Source: Chrysomallon squamiferum
Taxonomy: Eukaryota; Animalia; Mollusca
Direction: 5' to 3'
Assembly (NCBI GenBank): GCA_012295275.1
Contig: CM022665.1
Location: forward strand, 4,774,001-4,838,000
DNA length: 64,000 nucleotides
The notes under the pieces were generated by a model. That model did no database searches, was not told where the DNA came from, and saw only the letters and a list, made by a program, of their open reading frames with translations. Position numbers and translations under genes: made by a program. This document shows, piece after piece, positions 55,910 to 64,000 of this stretch. Position 1 is the first letter of the stretch, and each line of letters opens with the position of its first letter.

Positions 55910-56913
55910 AACTAGTTTCTTTTTAGCTGGGTTTCGTTTCATAATTTGAAGCTATCTAATTTCTGAGTTAAATTATAACTCAAGTCAAATTACTGTTTCC
56001 ACCTATATTTTACATTCGGCCCGAATGCCTCAGTATTAAATTATTTTAATCACGAAGAACGGCTTATTTCTCCGAAGAATTAAGATTTTAATAAAACTAT
56101 CACGTTTTAAAAGAAATGTCACGCTGTGTATGAACTTAAATTGAAGATGTCTTGCAATCGCTTTAAGGCTCAATTCAGCGGTGATTTGTTTCCATTTGTC
56201 ACTGAATAACATAGAGACATTTATCACGCGTTCACTAAATCGTTTTCGTTTTATTATTATTATTTATTTATTTATTTGAAATAACGATTTATCTGCAATA
56301 CGACTTTATAATCACTGCATCCTTTTGAAATCTTTCCAGATCGTTTATTTCAGCATATTTCTCGGAATAACTTTTCAAACTGTATTTCATTTCTTTATAA
56401 CACATATTACAGTGCAGTCACAGCTGTTTTCGTATTTAAAGCAACCAGTTACTAAGCTCTCAGAAGAGATTTTGAAAGAGAAAACTGCGCAAAAAAACAG
56501 AGATAATTTTCACACAGTAACGTGGGCAGAATCTCAGTACTTCCAGACTTCCTTTGGAGATGTATTAATATCACACCTTACATAGATTCCATGGGATATT
56601 AATCTAAATCAGGAAACATGCAAAAGAAAGAATATTTCCTTCAGTCTTTGTAATGCAGTTTTAACAAGACGAAACAGTAATAAAAATAATAATTTAAAAA
56701 AATATATATTATCAGTTATGTTAAAAAATCGGTGACCAGACTTTAAAAACATGTGTCACGATATTCTGAAACTTTGAAACAGTTAAGCCGGTGTTTTCGT
56801 AGTAAGATGATTGTGTACAAAGTATACGCTTTCTTTTGTGTTTTGACAAGCCTTTTTTTTTTTTTTTTTTCTCCGTATGTTCGTTTATTTTATCATTTTG
56901 TTTATTCCTCTGT

Positions 56914-56948
<35 letters not shown>

Positions 56949-57621
56949 CTTCTTATAAGAAAAAAAAAAAAAAAAAAAAAAAAAGAAATTCCCTGAAGAT
57001 TTCCCTAAAGAAATTCCCCGAAATACAGAAGCATGAACTGTTATTCAGTTCCAGTGTTCGATGTGGCACATATTTTTTTGACACGTTTCATACAGAAACT
57101 CCAAGGACGTGTGGAAGAAAACTTTGATCTGATCGGCTACATTAACGATACAAATCATGAGTTATTTCCAGCGATCCCTAAGGATATTCTGTCCGATGAA
57201 TGAAATATGACTCAACAAAAGATAAATGTCACAGAACATCACACATGTCTATTTTTCATACGGAGAAATTAAATAATGGTATATAAGAAAGAAATAAACA
57301 GACAAATAAATGATGAAAAAGAAACAACAAGAAAGTAAATATATCGCAACAAAAACCAAGATTCTGGATGATGTCACAAAAGCACTTTTGGGGAAAAAAC
57401 CCATTGTAACCACTACAGTCTTTCTAGTGATATCAGTATCAGTTCAACAGATGACCCACTGTTAATTATAAACTTTCAGTTTTCTCACAATTATGAGACG
57501 TTCTGCCATAGAGGTATTGATCAATATTTTTACCTTGACTTTATTTCAACTTGTAGAACCCCATAAAAAAAAAAAACACGCTCACGACAACTAAATTTTT
57601 GAACCTTAAAAAATAATAATA

Positions 57622-57655
<34 letters not shown>

Positions 57656-58904
57656 TTACATCGTTGACATCAGTCGGCAATTAGCTTGCAAAGAAACTGA
57701 ATAAAATGTCCTCCCAATTTATTCAATTATCTATGATCTTATCATTAGTGACTGTAAGCCGTAGCGTTCTAGCTCTACGAGATAAACAAAGTGCCAACAT
57801 CAGACCATCAAAGAGAATGAAAAACCTTCAAAAGCACTTGATGGAATAATTTGTTCTTTTTTTTTCTCACGAAATCAGACTGCTCCTTATCTTGTCATCG
57901 GCGTGATTTCGAAGAATCGCGTGTCGTAGATGCTTCATCTGAATTTAGACGCACTTTTGAACCATTAAGCTTGACGATCAGAACTATCAAGTTTCTGTTA
58001 TTGTGTCTGACGTTGGAAAATATTGTTCCTTTATAAAGACATAATCTTTTTATTTTGTAGTTTTGTAATTTGTTGTCGTTGTTGTTGTTATTATTATTGT
58101 TTCCCCATTTGTCATATAAGACAGTGGAAAAAATAATGGAAATTAAAACTGCTTACATAGCATTAGAGAATTAAGGTCTACATTTAATTGTCTTCATTGT
58201 CGTAATAAATGAATGATTAGTTAATCGATATTAGCAACAAAACTGAATTTGAATTGAAAAATAATTGTCCTTTCTTATTTCATCAAAACTTTATGTCTCG
58301 GCTCGTATCAAAGATTTAAATCTTCAGTTATTTTTGTTTTTTAACATTTAAATTATTACATTTCTTTCTCCATACGGTACAAATGTATTGGTCCTTTATA
58401 TAGATTTAATTAGTTTACCAAGTGTTCAATTACAGGTTCAAGATTTTTTATCCTTTTTCTTTTCTTGAGAAGAGGATATAATTATTACAACATTGACTTT
58501 CTGAGCGTTGAATGGGGCTTGTGCGAGTGGACTGAATAGCATTTTCTTCTTCGTACAGGAATCCGTCATGTTTTTCAGTGAAGTGATAATGAGTTAATAT
58601 TCAAGGGAATAAAAAATGAGGTTATCGGATCGCAGATAAAGCTATCTTTCGTTACATAGATTGATGACAAGATCTTACCCACCAGTCACTTTACTTCGAT
58701 TATCTTTTACAGTTGTTAGCTAAATGATTTATAGTGGTTAGTTAACACATTTAGTTTATATGCAGTTGCAGAATGTAGTTCTTCAAGTTGCTCAGATTTC
58801 TTTCTTTTCCTCTGTTATTTTATTTTTTTTTTCTATTTAGTCTTTCTTCTTTCGTCCATTTTCTCTCTTCCTCTTGTTTCTTATTATGACTGTATATAGG
58901 CTAC

Positions 58905-58905
<1 letters not shown>

Positions 58906-58990
<85 letters not shown>
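58906..58990. repeat. (TC)n microsatellite
   Basis: Perfect run. Confidence 0.95.
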
Positions 58991-58998
<8 letters not shown>

Positions 58999-59657
58999 CT
59001 GTATGTCTCTCTGCATGAGTGTGTGTGTGTGTGTATATGTGCCTGGGGATTGAGGTTTATTATTTCGTTTTAAAGAAATAATTGTAAGACAAAAAAAAGT
59101 AATGTTCTGACGATTTAGAAATACTGTACAACCGGAACAAAGATGCGCATCCTTTAGGAATATTAATTATTACCGCTGTCTAAAAGTAATTTGTTAAACC
59201 ATTTTGATAATAACAAGCAGTGTTTCCTTAGCTAAGGTGTGATTATTTAGTAATGGTTCTGACGTACACAGTGTGTATGTTAAATTCAAGCACAGTTAGA
59301 TTCATTTGCTTCAAGGTAAATAAATACGACGACTTTTGACATATCACGACAGATGTATCTTATTAAATCAAAATGTCTTTCTCATTGTTTTTAAAATAAT
59401 GTAATATAGGTGGTTTATTTATTTTATTTATTTTTTTTTTTTTTTTTCACTTTTAAATAACAACCTAAAAACAAAAGGAAAGAAATGAAGTACAAAAAGA
59501 GAAACATATTTTGGCATTTTAGTACTGATAAATCATTATTGTATTAAGTTTTTCTTCATTTAGGCGAGAAGAAAAAAGTTCAGAAAAACTGTGAGAGACG
59601 AAATGTTAGTGTGAGCGTGTCTGTGAGAGATGGAAATATAAAGAAAGAAAGAGACAG

Positions 59658-59783
<126 letters not shown>

Positions 59784-60620
59784 GCAGACGAGTATCTTGA
59801 TAATAAAAAGAAATTTCGGATTCACAGAATTGTCACCTGGCTGACTGTTATATGGAATTGCTTGTCCACTGACCACAAGTTTATATAATTACCGTACAGA
59901 ATAATTTGATTACTAACACATAATGTGTCAGCATCAAATCTCGGACTGAGCGGTTTGATAAAACAACTTTCAGACTAGCAAAAACTATCTGTTTTGATAA
60001 TACAAATACATAACAATTATGATTCGTTCAGCAAAATCCCTCGTCCAACCATGAAGGCTGAAACGTATCGGGTACACCAAAGAACACAGAATGCTGAAGC
60101 TGTACACTCAACAAGTAATCTATAGAATATGTAACGGAAGCCATGTCTTTACCCTATCGCAGATATTTTAATTTTTATTTTTTATTTATTTATTTATTTT
60201 TAATTTATTTTTAATTTTTTTTTTTTTTTTTTTTTTTTCATGGTTTGGCGGTTCTTGTTTTTTTGTTGTTGTTGTTTTTTTGTTAGGCGGTTGTTGTGTT
60301 TTTTTCTTCTTTTTTAGGGGGGGCTGTAAGAAAGAAACTGAGGTGGCCTTCCTAGCATGTCGACTATATAATATATACTGTAAATATTCATGTTAAAATC
60401 ATAATCATAATTTGTAACAGTAACATACAAATCATAACCGACTCAGGCTTCAGATTATTAATGACACTTTCAAAACATTAATAAATTAAAACAAATTAGC
60501 GATAGCTTTACAATGAAGTTGTTACAAGACTTCTGATTGGCTAATCAGCTAAGTAAATTTGCTTTTGAATAAGGCGCAATCAAACAAACAAAATCAGATG
60601 ACTCTAAACTAATTAAATAA

Positions 60621-60655
<35 letters not shown>

Positions 60656-62250
60656 TGATGATGATGATGATGATGATTTAAAAATAAAAAAAAAAATAAA
60701 ACAAAAACACATAATTATTCTGTTACACAATTCAAAACTAATATACACAGTTATATGTTTGAATGAGGAATATTCAATAACAAAATACAACAAAAAACAA
60801 CAATAACAGAATCAACAAAAAAAATATACAAATTAGATAATAGTTAGTGTACTTGTAGCGGAAGAGCCCCTGGCTATGTTAAGACTGTTTTTTTTAAAGG
60901 ATACTTGGCTTATATCCCAGGGCATTGTTCAGTTTCTGAAACAATGAAACAGGCTCAGAAGAGTTTCTTTCTTAAAATATAATATCTTTAAAAAATAATA
61001 ATAATAATAATAATAACTATTATTATTATTATTAAAAAATAACATGAACAATAGAACAAGAACGGTGTAACAATAATAACAACAACAAAATCCAAAAAAA
61101 TAAGAAATTAAATTAATATTCGTTAATCAGCTTTAATGTTTGCAACTAAAGTAGACACTTTAAGAATACTTACAAATAATACGTTAAAATTTAAAATAGC
61201 ATTAATATATATGGAAATGGAAAACTGGTCGTTTTATTATGTTGCCAGCATACAACTTCAACAATAAAACTTCTCAAAGCGGGCGTAAAACAGCGGAAGG
61301 AGACAATTGCCAATGACAAACTCGGCAATTACATCCCAAACTCATCTCCAAACACGACCTCGCAAACGTGGAAGATGGTTATCACAGAAATAAAACGAGG
61401 CAAAGTGACAGTCGGTAAGATTGCGATATAGAAGGGATACTTCAGTGTCAAGATTCACAAACAAAACAAAAAAACATTCTTCTTGTTAGTTGCCTCCAAG
61501 TTATAAAAGAAAAAAAGATAATATGATTCGATTTCAGTGGAATTTGACTTCACTGAATTCTTTGGGTTTCTTTACATCTTCTTCCCGTGCTCTAAGTTTA
61601 TTTGATTTTTTTTTTTTTTTTTTTCCTTAAAGAAGGAAACTTTAAGCTCTAAGCGTAGGAGTTCGGACCCAGTGAATTTATTAGATTCGAAATTTGATTT
61701 CTGTTTTTTTTTTTCACGGTTGTTTATAAATTTTATAACGAGATCGAGGAATAATTGTTTCTACTTTCATTTTCTGCAGCCTTCATTTGTTTTAAAACCA
61801 ATTATTGTATTATATATCATAACGCTATAACAGTTTTAACATTTTGCATTCTAATATTTATTGGCGAAGAAAATTGGACGCCAAAGGCAAATCGTTTGAT
61901 GGGTACCGTTTAAAAACATTTTCTCATTCAGAGTTTATTTCTTCATAATTCTTAGTGTTGAGAAATGCATGTCGTCTAAAAAAATCCTGGAAAACTAAAT
62001 AAATTGCCCTTATTTGATTCTGTTATCTCATTATCTATATCACTTAGTTTTTTCTTTCTTTATATAGCAGTTATTCAATTATGCTGCATTCACAAAATGT
62101 CTGAAGAATTTCTGAGAAAGCCGAATCTTTTAAAAAGTAAGTGTGTTCGTGTTCGCTGATCTGGGACCATTTCTTGCACTTCTTCGACAGTTATTGTCAA
62201 TAAATGTTTTTCTTCATACTGAAACTCATTTTATCTTCAATACTGAATCA

Positions 62251-62338
62251 ATAATAATAAGAAGAAGGAGGAGGAGGAGAAGGAGAAGAAGAAGAAGAAG
62301 AAGAAGAAGAAGAAGAAGAAGAAGAAGAAGAAGAAGAA
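62251..62338. repeat. (ATA)n-(AGG/AGA)n compound microsatellite
   Basis: Visible; explains the poly-Arg ORF 62143-62568. Confidence 0.95.
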
Positions 62339-63577
62339 ATAATGAATCAACAATAATAATAAGAAGAAAAATAATGATAACTGTGGTGGTGAAGAGAAGT
62401 TATACAGCGCATGCAGTCTCTTCCAATCTTTCTTTCATTAATAATATCTTTAGACAAGATAATGCATATTGGATAAACTGTCGTGAATTACTAAAATTAT
62501 TTATGTTGTTTAATTATCCTTTTCCTTTTTTTTTCTTTTTTTCTTTTTTTCTTTCTTTTCGATGTTAGGACGAGCATTTTATATTATGTGTGCGAATGTG
62601 TGTGGTGACTGAATTTGTTTTCCCATTTCAGTTGTTTTCTTTCTTGTATATGTGTGTGCGTGTTTGTGTGTTTATGTGTGCGTGTTTGTGTGTGTTTTGT
62701 GTGTGTGATTAAATGTATGTGTGTATGGTTGTTTGTGTGTGTGTGCGTGCGTACGTGCGTTGTGCCGACAGTCGAATGAAGTAACATCCTTACATTATTT
62801 ATATTGGAGGACACAAAGTATAAACTTCGTAACCGATACAGATAATTCTGAAAACAAATATGTAAGAGGAAAACCGAATTAATGAGAATGAATTATTTAG
62901 AGAAGACAGATTTGAATGACTTATTTTGAGATATTTTATTTTTAATTTTCTGTTTTTCTTTTTCTTGGTTATCTTCAGCGTCTTTCTTCTTCTTTTGCGC
63001 ATTGTTATTGTTATTATTGTTATTATTATTATTATTATTACTATACAATCGCATCTTCTCTATGGTTTTAAAAATTAGAAATATTCTAACCCAAAAAATA
63101 TGTATCTTTGCTTCTAAACAAGAGGTTTCTAGACATGATCCGCCTTGGGCTGCTCTAAAATTAGACCTAACGAGTAGTTAATAGCAAAAAGTTGTCGTCA
63201 GTTTTGTAGTCTTTTTGTAATTCTTCAAGCTTTTAAACCCACTCATCTTACATATGATTAAAGTAATTTGCGAAAATAAAAAATATCCAACTGCCTTAAA
63301 AATCATGTCTATAAGGCTTCTTTACTTTTTTCTTTCAGTGGGAATTCGATTGTTTGTTTGTTTGTTTGTTTGTTAATTTATTTATTACATACTTTGATAA
63401 TGGATACTTCTTAAAAAATATTGAACTTAAAAAATTTAATGCAAATGAAAACACGGGACGAGCATTCTTGTATAGTTTGTTTGTTTGTGTTGTTTTTAGT
63501 TTTTTGTTTTTCTTTCTTATCTATTTCTTCTTTATTTTTCCTTTGGTGGGGGGGGGCGATGAAAATATGCAGAAAAA

Positions 63578-63609
<32 letters not shown>

Positions 63610-64000
63610 ACTTTTGGTTTCACTGATGTTCTAATGGCACAGTTTGGAATAGTCAGACTTACTGTATTTCTTTGTTTGTTTTTATACTTTTGCGATCTGA
63701 TTTTTTGTTTTTAAATTGTTCTAAAAACAATTAGATTCAATTGTTCAGAACAAAATTAAAAATAAAGGCAACCAATTAGGATCAACATATCATGAAAACA
63801 GGATAAGAAAAATAATAAAGTACTTTATTCTAAGGACATATAAAAATACTTTTCTTCTGGAGGAATTAAAGAAAGATTAAAGTGGACGCAAGCACGGATG
63901 GGAACATAAGCCGCTGCACAAAGTTAAATCATATTCTTTTTGTCAAACTGTCAGATACGTGACACTAAAGACTTATTCTTACAACATCCTTTGAATACTG

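Overview
This is AT-rich animal genomic DNA, non-coding as far as I can tell (intergenic or inside a very large intron). A mollusc, possibly a gastropod, is suggested by a recalled SINE resemblance; that is inference only. I could not identify any intact protein-coding gene: nearly all supplied ORFs are microsatellite or poly-A/T artefacts. Supported content: (1) a decayed minus-strand DDE transposase relic with Sola2-type motifs at ~10.7-11.5 kb; (2) one end of a hAT/Charlie-type element at ~4.6-4.8 kb; (3) a tRNA-Arg(TCG)-like SINE with intact A/B boxes at ~27.1 kb, and copies of a second SINE family at ~37.6 kb and probably ~47 kb; (4) a degenerate tandem array at ~41.7-43.2 kb and a 55-bp minisatellite at ~46.2 kb; (5) a 77-bp direct duplication (999/2468), a 187-bp fold-back (18605-18791) and a ~36-bp motif shared between 20.9 and 32.0 kb; (6) dozens of simple and compound microsatellites separating CpG-retaining islands that look regulatory, including a CRE/CCAAT/ETS cluster at ~2.0 kb and a few candidate small exons. 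I found no convincing novel biological system; the findings below are hypotheses. Coordinates were counted by eye and may be off by a few bases.
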